From a bacterium (lineage in GTDB: Bacteria > Patescibacteriota > Patescibacteriia > JAHIZJ01), in the NCBI GenBank assembly GCA_030699685.1, contig JAUYLJ010000068.1, positions 8,947 to 72,946 on the forward strand: a stretch of DNA of 64,000 bases, read 5' to 3'. Under the pieces are notes generated by a model. The model was not told where the DNA came from and ran no database searches. It saw only the letters and a list, made by a program, of their open reading frames with translations. Below, piece after piece: positions 26,960 through 36,184 of the stretch. A program made the translations under genes and the position numbers. Each line of letters begins with the position of its first letter. The first letter of the stretch is position 1.

Positions 26960-26988
26960 GGGAAGGTTGACAATCACTTGACAATAGT

Positions 26989-28071
26989 TTGTTATTGGTT
27001 TACAATTACTTTACAATGCTAAGTCAGGAGAAAATACTCAAAAGAGCCAAGGAAAAAGGCCGAATTACAAGCGCTGATTTTGCCAAGGATTTTGACGTGT
27101 CCAGACAATACGCCAGTCAATTGATCAAAGAGCTGGTAGATTCTGACAAACTAAAAAAAATGGGTTCTACGCGCGGCGCGTTTTATGTGTTGCCGGAATA
27201 TTTTGACGCGCACCCAGAGCTTTTACCATCGCGTTTTTCAAAAACATATCGCAATGAAGGCTTAGAGGAACATATAGTGCTGGAAGAGCTAGAGAAAAAT
27301 TTTACCGCTTTGCAAAAGATCGCAGAGCCGGTACGCGATATATTCATCTATGCTTTTTCAGAAATGTTCAATAATGCCATCGAGCACTCCCAATCAAAAA
27401 AGATCTTGGTCGAAGCGTTTCTTCAGGATGACGACCTGTGCTTTGTAATAAATGACGGGGGCGTCGGGGTGTATAGAAACATTATGCGGAAGAAAAAACT
27501 GCGGTCGCCGTTTGAAGCCATCCAAGACCTACTCAAAGGAAAGACCACCACCCAGCCAAAATCCCATTCCGGTGAAGGTATTTTTTTTACCTCCAAGGCC
27601 GCGGACACTTTGGTATTAGACAGCTTCGGTTATCAGATGACGGTTGATAACACCATACCCGACGTGTTTATCAGGTCTGATGTACGGAACAATCCGGGGA
27701 CGAGGGTGACCTTTCGGATTCAAAAAGATTCTGACCGGCACTTGAGCCGGGTATTTAAGAAGTATACTGATCACGCCTCAGGCAGTGATTATGGATTTGA
27801 TAAAACCGAAATCCACGTGAAGCTGTATACCAGAGGCAGCGTGCACATATCACGATCGCAGGCGCGCCGCATACTCCACGGACTTGATTTGTTCAAAGTC
27901 ATCCTCCTAGATTATGCCAATGTGCCGATGGTCGGGCAGGCATTTACCGATGAGATATACCGCGTTTTTCATTCACGACATCCGCGGATTGAGCTACAGG
28001 AAGCGAATATGAATGAAGCCGTCGCGTTTATGGTTACTCGCGCCAAAACAGAGTCGAGGAAAGGAAAATAA
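26989..28071 (+). CDS. putative regulator: N-terminal winged-HTH, central GHKL/HATPase-like ATP-binding domain, C-terminal DUF4325/STAS-like domain
   Basis: DFAKDFDVSRQYASQLIKELV (HTH), FSEMFNNAIEHSQSK (N-box-like GHKL ATPase), C-terminal ARRILHGLDLFKVILLDYANVPMVGQAFTDEIYRVF. Confidence 0.45.
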   Translation: MLLVYNYFTMLSQEKILKRAKEKGRITSADFAKDFDVSRQYASQLIKELVDSDKLKKMGSTRGAFYVLPEYFDAHPELLPSRFSKTYRNEGLEEHIVLEELEKNFTALQKIAEPVRDIFIYAFSEMFNNAIEHSQSKKILVEAFLQDDDLCFVINDGGVGVYRNIMRKKKLRSPFEAIQDLLKGKTTTQPKSHSGEGIFFTSKAADTLVLDSFGYQMTVDNTIPDVFIRSDVRNNPGTRVTFRIQKDSDRHLSRVFKKYTDHASGSDYGFDKTEIHVKLYTRGSVHISRSQARRILHGLDLFKVILLDYANVPMVGQAFTDEIYRVFHSRHPRIELQEANMNEAVAFMVTRAKTESRKGK

Positions 28072-28204
28072 CTCTCTGACGGAAGAGCCGAAGAAACTCA
28101 AGGGGTGGGGTGAGATGCCAAGCCACACAAAACATTGACAAAACGAGACACTCTCGCTAACGTATCGTCAGATATGACGGATCATTTCAATTCTGGAGGT
28201 TAGC

Positions 28205-28383
28205 GTGAGTGGAGTGTTAGCCTGGTTTGGCGAATTGCCAGTACCAATCCTGGTGATTCTGATTGTGGGAGGAGCGCTTTTCCCACTCTTGTTGATGCTG
28301 TGTCTTGGTGCGTTTACGTATATAGCGGAAGACGCGCTCTGGACGGCGATTCGACTTCTCCAAAAACTTCGTGTTCTGAAGTG
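28205..28383 (+). CDS. possible small membrane protein (GTG start; absent from ORF track)
   Basis: 59-codon frame VSGVLAWFGELPVPILVILIVGGALFPLLLMLCLGAFTYIAEDALWTAIRLLQKLRVLK, directly upstream of 28397. Confidence 0.25.
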
Positions 28384-28396
28384 AGGTGTCCGAAAG

Positions 28397-28753
28397 ATGT
28401 CCAAGTTCTTGAAGTGGGTAGGTATGCTTAGTGGTATTGCTGCCGCGGACTACTTTGAGAGCCGCGCCGAAGATGGGAAGTCAGTTCTTGCCGTTCTCGG
28501 GGCGCTCGGGTGCGCAATAGCACTTGATGCGGAAAGTACTCAAGAGCAAAAAGATGAAGAAGAGGAATCAGATGAGTCTTCTGAAGAACCGTACAAGACG
28601 CACGAGCCACGACAAGACGTTGTGTCCGAACCAGTCGAAGTCACACCGACTTATGTTTGTGAAAAGTGTGACGAAGTTGTTACCGACATTGTTGCGTGGG
28701 GTATGTGTGGACGGTGTTACGAGAAGTGGGATGCGGATCAAGACTATGACTAG
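28397..28753 (+). CDS. small acidic protein with N-terminal TM helix and C-terminal CxxC..CxxC zinc-ribbon
   Basis: CEKCDEVVTDIVAWGMCGRCYEKW, with a poly-acidic linker. Confidence 0.4.
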   Translation: MSKFLKWVGMLSGIAAADYFESRAEDGKSVLAVLGALGCAIALDAESTQEQKDEEEESDESSEEPYKTHEPRQDVVSEPVEVTPTYVCEKCDEVVTDIVAWGMCGRCYEKWDADQDYD

Positions 28754-28927
28754 TTCGTTTTGGGTTTCTTTGCCGGATGGGCGACCAACCGGCTTTTTCT
28801 TTTTCCGTCATCAACCATTAAGCGGCGATGTGCGAACTTCATTCTCATAGACGAAAGCTTGGTTTGAGAATGTGTAAACAGACACACTGGTGATTTTTGT
28901 TTTTAGGCTTGCTATACTAAGCACATT

Positions 28928-29353
28928 ATGGCAGAACTCAAAACGAAGAAAAACAGCGCGAGCGTCATCGCCTTTCTCAAGAGCCTTCACGACGAGCAAA
29001 AGAGCAAAGACAGCCTTGAGCTGAACCGCGTCTACACCCAGATTACGGGAAAGAAGGCGACGATGTGGGGCACGGCAATAGTGGGCTATGACATGTATCA
29101 CTACCAGTCCACCCGCAGCGCGCAAAAAGGGGATTGGCCACTCGCCGCGTTTTCACCCCGCGTGCAGAGTCTCACGCTCTACATCCTCTATGGCCCGATC
29201 AAGAACTCCCCACTGCTCAAGAAACTTGGCAAATACAAAGCGAGCGGCGGCTGTCTTCATATTAAGCGTTTGTCCGACGTAGACCTGACTGTCTTGAAGC
29301 AGATGATTAAGGCATCGTATCTGTGGTCGAAGAAGACCTACGGCACGAAGTAG
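28928..29353 (+). CDS. DUF1801 (YdhG/YdeI-like) domain protein
   Basis: Size and layout resemble DUF1801 proteins (SVIAFLKSLHDEQ...GTAIVGYDMYHYQ...). Tentative. Confidence 0.4.
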   Translation: MAELKTKKNSASVIAFLKSLHDEQKSKDSLELNRVYTQITGKKATMWGTAIVGYDMYHYQSTRSAQKGDWPLAAFSPRVQSLTLYILYGPIKNSPLLKKLGKYKASGGCLHIKRLSDVDLTVLKQMIKASYLWSKKTYGTK

Positions 29354-29436
29354 AAGTAATGTAGAACCGCAGAGCGATAGCTATCGAAAGTTTCTGAACA
29401 GATTAGTCGACATTATCATCAAAAGTTTTAGGGAGC

Positions 29437-29985
29437 ATGGAGGAAAAAGTCTCGTATAAAATAAAAAGAAGCCATCGAGCAAAACGAGTCCGTCTTGCAG
29501 TATATTGTGATGGGTCGGTGGTGGTGACTCTGCCGATTGGTGTTCAAGAGACACTTGCCGAGAAGTTCGTTCGTGAAAAATCTCAGTGGTTGCTTTCTAA
29601 GCTTGCATTTTTTAAGCAATTTCAAGGGAGCTCGCTCACTCATTACGGCCACAAAGAGTATCTCAAGCACAAAGAAGAGGCTTCAGAGCTAGCTACTGCG
29701 CGCGTGAAATATTATAATCGTCTCTTTGGTTTTTCGTATAATACAATCAATATCAAAAATCAGCGAACACGATGGGGAAGTTGTTCGAAAAAGGGGAATT
29801 TAAACTTCAATTATAAAATTGCACTTTTACCTTCAAAGCTGGCTGATTATATTATTGTGCATGAGCTTTGCCACTTAGGTGAATTCAACCACTCAAGAAA
29901 ATTTTGGAACTTAGTCTCAAACGTATTTCCTAACTTTAGGGAATTGAGGAATGAAATGAAGAAGAGCGGGGTAATACTCTCGTGA
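29437..29985 (+). CDS. YgjP-like (DUF45) metal-dependent hydrolase, M48-superfamily
   Basis: C-terminal HELCHLGEFNHSRKFWNLV zinc-binding motif typical of YgjP/DUF45. Confidence 0.75.
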   Translation: MEEKVSYKIKRSHRAKRVRLAVYCDGSVVVTLPIGVQETLAEKFVREKSQWLLSKLAFFKQFQGSSLTHYGHKEYLKHKEEASELATARVKYYNRLFGFSYNTINIKNQRTRWGSCSKKGNLNFNYKIALLPSKLADYIIVHELCHLGEFNHSRKFWNLVSNVFPNFRELRNEMKKSGVILS

Positions 29986-30043
29986 ATGTTTTTATGCCCA
30001 CTCCCACCACCATCTTCTTACCTCTAATCCGTCCCCTAGAACT

Positions 30044-30526
30044 ATGAATCAATACTCTACAAAAGCCCGCGAGATTTTAGAGCAGAATTTTTACTGCACT
30101 GTTGCAACGGCGTCAAAAGATGGCGTGCCGTGGGTGTCGCCAGTGTTTTTTGCATACGACGAGCAGTATCGGATTTATTGGGTGTCGAACAAAGATGCCA
30201 AACATTCGCTTCTGATTCGTGAGAATCCACGGGTTGCTCTTGTCGTCTTTAACTCTACAGCTCCTGAAGGGGAGGGTGATGGGGTGTATATAGAAGCAGC
30301 TGCCACAGAACTTAAAGCAGCCGAAGATGTGCAGCTTGCTATGGATGTACTAGGAAGGCGAGTTAGTAAGGATGAATTTCGAGTAAAAGACAAAGACCAA
30401 GTAACTGGCAACGGCGTATGGCGCATTTATCGCGCAACGCCAAAAAAAACGTGGAAGCTCTCACGTGGCAAGTTGATTCGTGGTCAATATGTTGATGAGC
30501 GAGTTGAGGTGCAACTAACACGGTAA
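30044..30526 (+). CDS. pyridoxamine 5'-phosphate oxidase-like FMN-binding split-barrel protein
   Basis: FYCTVATASKDGVPWVSPVFFAYDEQYRIYWVSNKDAKHSLLIRENPRVALVVF, a PNPOx-like fold pattern. Confidence 0.55.
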   Translation: MNQYSTKAREILEQNFYCTVATASKDGVPWVSPVFFAYDEQYRIYWVSNKDAKHSLLIRENPRVALVVFNSTAPEGEGDGVYIEAAATELKAAEDVQLAMDVLGRRVSKDEFRVKDKDQVTGNGVWRIYRATPKKTWKLSRGKLIRGQYVDERVEVQLTR

Positions 30527-30625
30527 TGGATGCATTCAAAATAAATTAATTTTAGAAGGCAAAAACATTGAAGCAGTCGATTTTGGATAAGGCGTTTAAG
30601 GGGGAGTTGGTCTAAAGAAAATACT

Positions 30626-30868
30626 GTGTATTTCCTCTACATCCTCCAATGTTTCGACAACACTCTCTACACCGGCGTGGCTGTCGATGTAGCCAAGCGG
30701 GTGGCGGCGCATAATCATTCTCCCCGTGGCGCAAAATATACCCGCTCACGCCGGCCCGTGACGCTGGTCTATATGAAAAAGTTTCGTTCAAGATCAAAGG
30801 CGTTGAAAGAAGAATACCGGATCAAGCAATTGACGAGGTGGGAAAAATTTGCTCTCATTGGAAAATAA
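30626..30868 (+). CDS. GIY-YIG nuclease-domain protein (YhbQ/UPF0213-like)
   Basis: MYFLYILQCFDNTLYTGVAVDVAKRVAAHN...YRIKQL: GIY..YIG, Arg and Glu in canonical order. Confidence 0.75.
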   Translation: MYFLYILQCFDNTLYTGVAVDVAKRVAAHNHSPRGAKYTRSRRPVTLVYMKKFRSRSKALKEEYRIKQLTRWEKFALIGK

Positions 30869-30975
30869 TGAAAAAAGAATCTCGCCACATTTCCTCTCGA
30901 TATTTTCCACCCGCCAGAATGAACTCCATCTTCTAAGGGCTTGACACCGTATTATAATACGATTATAATACAGCT

Positions 30976-31215
30976 ATGACTCAAAAAGTATTACGCATTG
31001 GCTCATCAGCCGGGATTACCCTCTCAAAAGAAGCTTTGAAAGCTCTCCAGCTTAAAATTGGTGATCAGATTTCTGTGCAAGTCGATGTGGATAAGCAGAC
31101 GGTGAAGATGGCTCCGGTGCAGAGCACGTCCGCAGAGGATGACAAAATTGCTAAGTTGACCACGCGCTTTATCAATCGATATCGCTCGGATCTCTTGGCA
31201 TTAGCAAAAAAATAG
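30976..31215 (+). CDS. AbrB/SpoVT-fold antitoxin (Phd/MazE-like) paired with Doc
   Basis: VLRIGSSAGITLSKEALKALQLKIGDQISV swapped-hairpin pattern. Stop overlaps the Doc start. Confidence 0.6.
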   Translation: MTQKVLRIGSSAGITLSKEALKALQLKIGDQISVQVDVDKQTVKMAPVQSTSAEDDKIAKLTTRFINRYRSDLLALAKK

Positions 31216-31604
31216 TGCAGTACCTTACTTTCGAGCATATTCTAAAAATGCATTCTTTTGTTGTCGATGAAACCGGCGGCCTTCACGGTTTACGCGACTC
31301 CGGTCGACTTGAAAGTGCTATTGCACGACCGGGACAGATCGTATTTGCAAAAGAGTTATATCCAACAGTTTTTGATAAAGCTGCTGTGTATGCGCACGCG
31401 ATTATTTTTGATCATCCTTTTGTTGACGGCAATAAACGCACCGCCATGGTCGCGGCATTTGTATTCTTAGAAAATAACGGATTCATTGCAACGGCAAAAG
31501 CCGGGAAAATTGAGAAGTATGCGATTGAGATTGTGCTCAAGAAATACGATGTTCAGACAGTGTCAAGTTGGTTGAAAGAGCATTGTGAGAGAATTCGGAA
31601 ATAA
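31215..31604 (+). CDS. doc: Doc (death-on-curing) Fic-family toxin
   Basis: Fic/Doc motif HPFVDGNKRTAMVAAFVFL (HxFx(D/N)GNKR). Confidence 0.85.
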   Translation: MQYLTFEHILKMHSFVVDETGGLHGLRDSGRLESAIARPGQIVFAKELYPTVFDKAAVYAHAIIFDHPFVDGNKRTAMVAAFVFLENNGFIATAKAGKIEKYAIEIVLKKYDVQTVSSWLKEHCERIRK

Positions 31605-31746
31605 ACTTGGAAAGATACATGGTAGACCTGCCGCCTACTTGCGAAAACAGGTAGGCGGGAGACTGCAATTCGATTCTCAACAGTTCCTGCTATTTATAAT
31701 TCAGCGTCCTGGTAATAAATAGTCAAACAGTATATAGTTAAAGGTA

Positions 31747-32070
31747 ATGGAAGAATACCAAGCACAAAACACCGCTAAGATGCCCGGGAAGAAATTTACC
31801 ATGAAGCGGAAGATCTCGCTTTTTCTTATTCTCCTCGTCATACTTGGCATCGGGTATGGCTTCTTTTGGATCAAGCAGACAAATACGCTTCGCGCTGATG
31901 CTGAGAATGTTATCGAGCAGGCGAATCAATATGAAGCTGTGAAAACGGAGATTACTACTGAAAAAAGTCGTTGTGAGGGATTTATTTCTCAACAGCAAGG
32001 TGATTTTGGCAGTTTTGAATACTGTACCAAATTCATTGAGTGGGCAAATACCTTACCTGCTTTGAAGTAG
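31747..32070 (+). CDS. small hypothetical membrane protein
   Basis: Single TM helix (ISLFLILLVILGIGYGFFWI) followed by ~70 aa with two Cys. Confidence 0.3.
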   Translation: MEEYQAQNTAKMPGKKFTMKRKISLFLILLVILGIGYGFFWIKQTNTLRADAENVIEQANQYEAVKTEITTEKSRCEGFISQQQGDFGSFEYCTKFIEWANTLPALK

Positions 32071-32408
32071 TAGCACACATCAATCAGTCCAGAAATATCC
32101 ATAGTGCCGTGGGTTAGAGCGCTAGGGTTTGGCTTTAAAATTATCCAGTGGTTTTCCCTTGATAACCTATGCTTAATGTTGACGATGACGTTATCAACGC
32201 GGTGAAAAAGTTTGTTCAGACAAGTGTGGTGAAACTTCGATAGTATGGGTATTCATATTTTTCCTAAATAACAGAAAGTTGGAGAAAATATAAAAGCATG
32301 GAAATAGTAGTAATTTCTTCAAAAATATTGTACGATAACTGCTGAAGCACCGCATGGCTCTTCAATTCTTCATCCTGAAACGTTTCATTTATTAAGTGTT
32401 ACTTATTC

Positions 32409-33239
32409 TTGGACCTCTCCATCATCATCCTCAACTACAAATCCCAGGGTCTGACCAAACAGAGCCTGAAGGGGATAGAACTGCTCAAACCGAATATGGA
32501 ATTTGAGACGATTGTGGTAGATAACAATTCCGGCGACGGGACGGCCGAAATGGTTCGCGATGAATTTCCCTGGGCCAAGCTGATTGCCTCGTCCGAGAAC
32601 CGGGGCTATGCCGCCGGGAATAATCTGGGGATCAAAGCATCGACGGGGAAGTACATCATGATCATGAATCCGGACATCGCCATCATGAACAACTCGCTTG
32701 AGGTTCTCTATCGGTACATGGAGGAGCATCCCAAAGTCGGTTTGTGCGGTCCAAGATTGATCAACCCCGACGGATCAGTCCAAGCCTCCTGCCGGACTTT
32801 TCAAACGCCGGGCATTTTGCTCTACCGCCGGACCCCCTTGGGACGTCTGCCTTTTGCCCGAAAAATTTTGCGGCATCATATGATGCTGGATTGGGATCAT
32901 GGGTCCAATCAGCCGGTTGACTGGATGATTGGCGCCTGTTTTTTCGTCCGGCGCGAAGCCATGGAAAAGGTCGGACTTCTTGACGAGCGGTTTTTTCTTT
33001 ATATGGAAGACCTTGACTGGTGCCGCAGATTCTGGCAGTCTGGATACGAAGTACACTACGTGGCTGACGCGGAAATGGTACACTATCACCAGCGTCTCTC
33101 AGCCGAGAATCCCGGCTTGAGCGGTGTGTTCAGCTACGGCACGCGCATCCATATTAAGAGCGCTATTCGATATTTTGCTAAGTATTTCGGTGATAAACAA
33201 GCGATTCGGCCACCTACTCATGACAACATTCCACAATAA
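32409..33239 (+). CDS. family 2 glycosyltransferase (paralog of 23702..24562)
   Basis: LSIIILNYKS...VVDNNSGDGTAEMVRDEFPWAKLIASSENRGYAAGNN...MNPDIAI...YMEDLDWCRR. TTG start. About 75% nucleotide similarity to 23800..23880 over the conserved segment. Confidence 0.75.
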   Translation: MDLSIIILNYKSQGLTKQSLKGIELLKPNMEFETIVVDNNSGDGTAEMVRDEFPWAKLIASSENRGYAAGNNLGIKASTGKYIMIMNPDIAIMNNSLEVLYRYMEEHPKVGLCGPRLINPDGSVQASCRTFQTPGILLYRRTPLGRLPFARKILRHHMMLDWDHGSNQPVDWMIGACFFVRREAMEKVGLLDERFFLYMEDLDWCRRFWQSGYEVHYVADAEMVHYHQRLSAENPGLSGVFSYGTRIHIKSAIRYFAKYFGDKQAIRPPTHDNIPQ

Positions 33240-35166
33240 GAAAAATACCGGCAGAAGCTGGTCCTGGAAAAGACTGTATCAAGACAAACGATTCCGAATC
33301 ACGGCCATCGCGCTGGGCGTGATCATCGTGCTGGCCTTTGGCTTGTATTTGAAATATTCCGGCCCGGCCAAACGGGTCATGGCGCACGCCCTGAATGGGA
33401 AGACGCACCTGACGGACGCTCAAACCTCCGTGGAAGCAGAATTCTTTGGCCAGGCGGCCGAACAGCTTGATAGCGCTCATGACGAACTTTCATTGGCTTT
33501 GGACGAGATGGAGGGCTTAGGCGGATTGAAAGCCATGCCCTACGTCGGTACGCAGCTTTCAGCCGTGGACAACTTGCTCAGAGCCGGACTGCAAACCAGT
33601 TCGGCGCTTGGTCGGGTGGCCAAGCTGGCTGATGAAATTATTACTCCCGTAAAAAACAACGGTGAATTTACGATCAACTCGCTGACGCCTGAGCAAAAGC
33701 ATGAGATGCTGAAGCAAGTGTCGGAAGCCTTTCCTGATCTGGTCGGTATCAAAGCCGAGATTGACTTGGCGGTACTGCATGTTGATCAGATCCCGGAAAA
33801 AGGAATCCTGCCTGTCATCAAAAACGCGCTGGGGCCGGTGCGGGAACAACTGCCAACGCTGCAACAAAGTATTGCCCAAGTTTTGCCGGCCGTGGAAATT
33901 ATGCCGACTATCGTTGGATATCCTGAGGAGCAAACCTATTTGTTTCTGCTCGAAAACAACGCTGAAATGAGGCCGACCGGCGGCTTTATCGGCACTTACG
34001 GTATTTTGAAAGTCAAAGACGGCGAGATCACGTCGTTCACGACCGACAATATTTATAATTTGGACAACAACGTCAAAGACAGGCTGATCGAAGCACCGCC
34101 GGCGCCCATGGCCAAATACCTGGCGGCGGATAAATGGTTTATGCGTGACAGCAACTGGTCGCCGGATTTCCCGACATCCGCGGAAAAGGCCATCTGGTTT
34201 TACGAACAAGAGGGCGGCACCGCCAATCCGATTCACGGAGTCATTGCCGTCACTCCGACCTTCATCGAGTCGCTTCTGGGCTTGACCGGAGAAGTGGTGG
34301 TTGATGGGATTACGTTTACTGAAGAAAACTTTTATGACACTTTGCAATTCCAGGTAGAGCAGGGATTTTATCGCCAAGGAATTTCCGATTCCGAACGCAA
34401 AGAAGTTATCGGCGCCATGGCCGATATCCTGATGGACCGTCTCCTCAATTTTCCTCAATCCCGCTGGGGCGAGCTTTGGCAAACGGTCGAAAACCATATT
34501 GATGAGAAGCATATTTTGCTCTATTCCCGAAACGAATCCTTGCAACGGAATATTGAACTAGAGAACTGGGGCGCCGAAGTCCGTGATCAGGATGGCGACT
34601 ATGTCTTTGTCGTTGACGCCAACATGGCCAGCTTGAAATCCGACCCCGGCGTGTTCCGCACCATTCGCTACGAGGTCAACGAAACGGCTGAGGGCTTGAT
34701 TGCCGACCTGCGGGTAGAGTATAACAACACGGGGAGTTTTGACTGGAAATCGACGCGGCTGCGCACATACACCCGAGTCTACGTGCCGCTGGGCAGCGTT
34801 CTGCTCAATCATGAAGGCGTGATGGAGAACGACAAGCTCCACGGCGGCCGATCGGCGGATCCTGAAGTGTATGAAGAGCTGGGCAAGACCGTCATCGCCG
34901 GCTTTATTTCCATTGAGCCTCAAACCACCGGTACCTTGCACTACCAGTACCGTTTACCGGCCACGGTCAAGAATACCGACACGTATTCGCTCTTAGTCCA
35001 AAAGCAGGCTGGCACCGCTCCGCATCAACTGGAGATAGCGCTCAATTTCCAGGATGATATCCTCAGGGCGGAACCTATTGACACAATCGAGCAAAGCGCT
35101 GATAATTCCGTTGCTCTGAAGACGGATTTACGGAGCGACAAAGTCGTCGAAATTACCTTCGAATAG
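33220..35166 (+). CDS. large membrane-anchored exported protein, DUF4012-like
   Basis: N-terminal TM anchor (ITAIALGVIIVLAFGLYL), then HALNGKTHLTDAQTSVEAEFFGQAAEQLDSAHDEL and a long C-terminal domain. Start set at the MTTFHNKK Met. Confidence 0.45.
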   Translation: MTTFHNKKNTGRSWSWKRLYQDKRFRITAIALGVIIVLAFGLYLKYSGPAKRVMAHALNGKTHLTDAQTSVEAEFFGQAAEQLDSAHDELSLALDEMEGLGGLKAMPYVGTQLSAVDNLLRAGLQTSSALGRVAKLADEIITPVKNNGEFTINSLTPEQKHEMLKQVSEAFPDLVGIKAEIDLAVLHVDQIPEKGILPVIKNALGPVREQLPTLQQSIAQVLPAVEIMPTIVGYPEEQTYLFLLENNAEMRPTGGFIGTYGILKVKDGEITSFTTDNIYNLDNNVKDRLIEAPPAPMAKYLAADKWFMRDSNWSPDFPTSAEKAIWFYEQEGGTANPIHGVIAVTPTFIESLLGLTGEVVVDGITFTEENFYDTLQFQVEQGFYRQGISDSERKEVIGAMADILMDRLLNFPQSRWGELWQTVENHIDEKHILLYSRNESLQRNIELENWGAEVRDQDGDYVFVVDANMASLKSDPGVFRTIRYEVNETAEGLIADLRVEYNNTGSFDWKSTRLRTYTRVYVPLGSVLLNHEGVMENDKLHGGRSADPEVYEELGKTVIAGFISIEPQTTGTLHYQYRLPATVKNTDTYSLLVQKQAGTAPHQLEIALNFQDDILRAEPIDTIEQSADNSVALKTDLRSDKVVEITFE

Positions 35167-35168
35167 TC

Positions 35169-36176
35169 ATGTTTGTCAAGAAGATCGGCATTGACCTAGG
35201 GACGGCCAACACGCTAGTCTACGTCCCGCGCCGGGGGATTATCATCAACGAGCCATCGGTGGTGGCTATTTCTATTGCCGACAAAAAGGTGCTGGCAGTC
35301 GGCGAAGAAGCTAAAGACATGCTTGGCCGCACGCCTGATACTATTACCGCTTCAAAACCCTTGCGTGACGGCGTGATCGCCGACTACCGAACCACTGAAA
35401 GCATGCTGCGCTATTTCATCAACAAAGCGCTGGGCGGAGTGCGTTTTTTTCGTCCTGAAGTGATGGTTTCAGTACCGGCCGGCATCACCTCCACTGAACG
35501 CCGGGCTGTGATCGACGCGACCCTGCAGGCCGGCGCCAAGGCCGCCTTTATCATCAAAGAACCTATCGCGGCCGCCATCGGCGCCAATATCCCGATTGGC
35601 TCTGCTTCCGGCCATATGATTATTGATTTGGGCGGGGGTACTTCCGAGATTGCCGTCATTTCCTTAGGTGGGATCGTGGCCAGCACGTCGGTGCGCATCG
35701 GCGGAAACCGGCTGGACGCGGCCATTGCTGATTTTATCCGGCGGAAATACGGCCTGGCCATCGGCGACAGAAGCGCCGAGGATCTCAAAATTTCCATCGG
35801 TTCGGCGTTGCCTTTGGAAGAAAAACTGACTATGGATATCCGCGGACGCGACATGGTGATGGGCCTGCCAAAGACGATTACCGTCAGCTCCGATGACGTG
35901 ACAGAGGCAATCCAGGACGAACTAGGCGGGATTATCCAGGCGGTCAAATCAGTACTGCAGGAAACTCCGCCGGAATTGGCAGCCGACGTGATTGATAAGG
36001 GCATGGTGCTGAGCGGAGGCACTGCCTTGCTGCGCAATCTTGATCAGCTCCTGGCTCAGGCCACCGGGGTTCCCGCATATGTGGCCGACGACGCGCTCTT
36101 GTGCGTGGCTAAGGGCACCGGCGTGGCGCTTGAGAATCTGGAATCCTACAAACGCAGTATTCTCTACACGAAATAG
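35169..36176 (+). CDS. mreB: rod shape-determining protein MreB (actin-like), paralog 1
   Basis: IGIDLGTANTLVYV...GEEAKDMLGRTP...DLGGGTSEIAVISLGG...NRLD: actin-fold phosphate/adenosine motifs. Confidence 0.9.
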   Translation: MFVKKIGIDLGTANTLVYVPRRGIIINEPSVVAISIADKKVLAVGEEAKDMLGRTPDTITASKPLRDGVIADYRTTESMLRYFINKALGGVRFFRPEVMVSVPAGITSTERRAVIDATLQAGAKAAFIIKEPIAAAIGANIPIGSASGHMIIDLGGGTSEIAVISLGGIVASTSVRIGGNRLDAAIADFIRRKYGLAIGDRSAEDLKISIGSALPLEEKLTMDIRGRDMVMGLPKTITVSSDDVTEAIQDELGGIIQAVKSVLQETPPELAADVIDKGMVLSGGTALLRNLDQLLAQATGVPAYVADDALLCVAKGTGVALENLESYKRSILYTK

Positions 36177-36184
36177 GAGGCAGA

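Noticed and set aside
33559-34545. 328-aa minus-strand ORF antisense to the DUF4012-like gene, and many other 60-150 aa antisense ORFs in the track
   Set aside because: They are embedded in the opposite strand of well-supported long genes with recognisable motifs, and carry no motifs themselves. The track's 250 and 5656 ORFs are antisense to recognisable genes; 24750 and 25332 are out-of-frame same-strand overlaps within 24559..26067.
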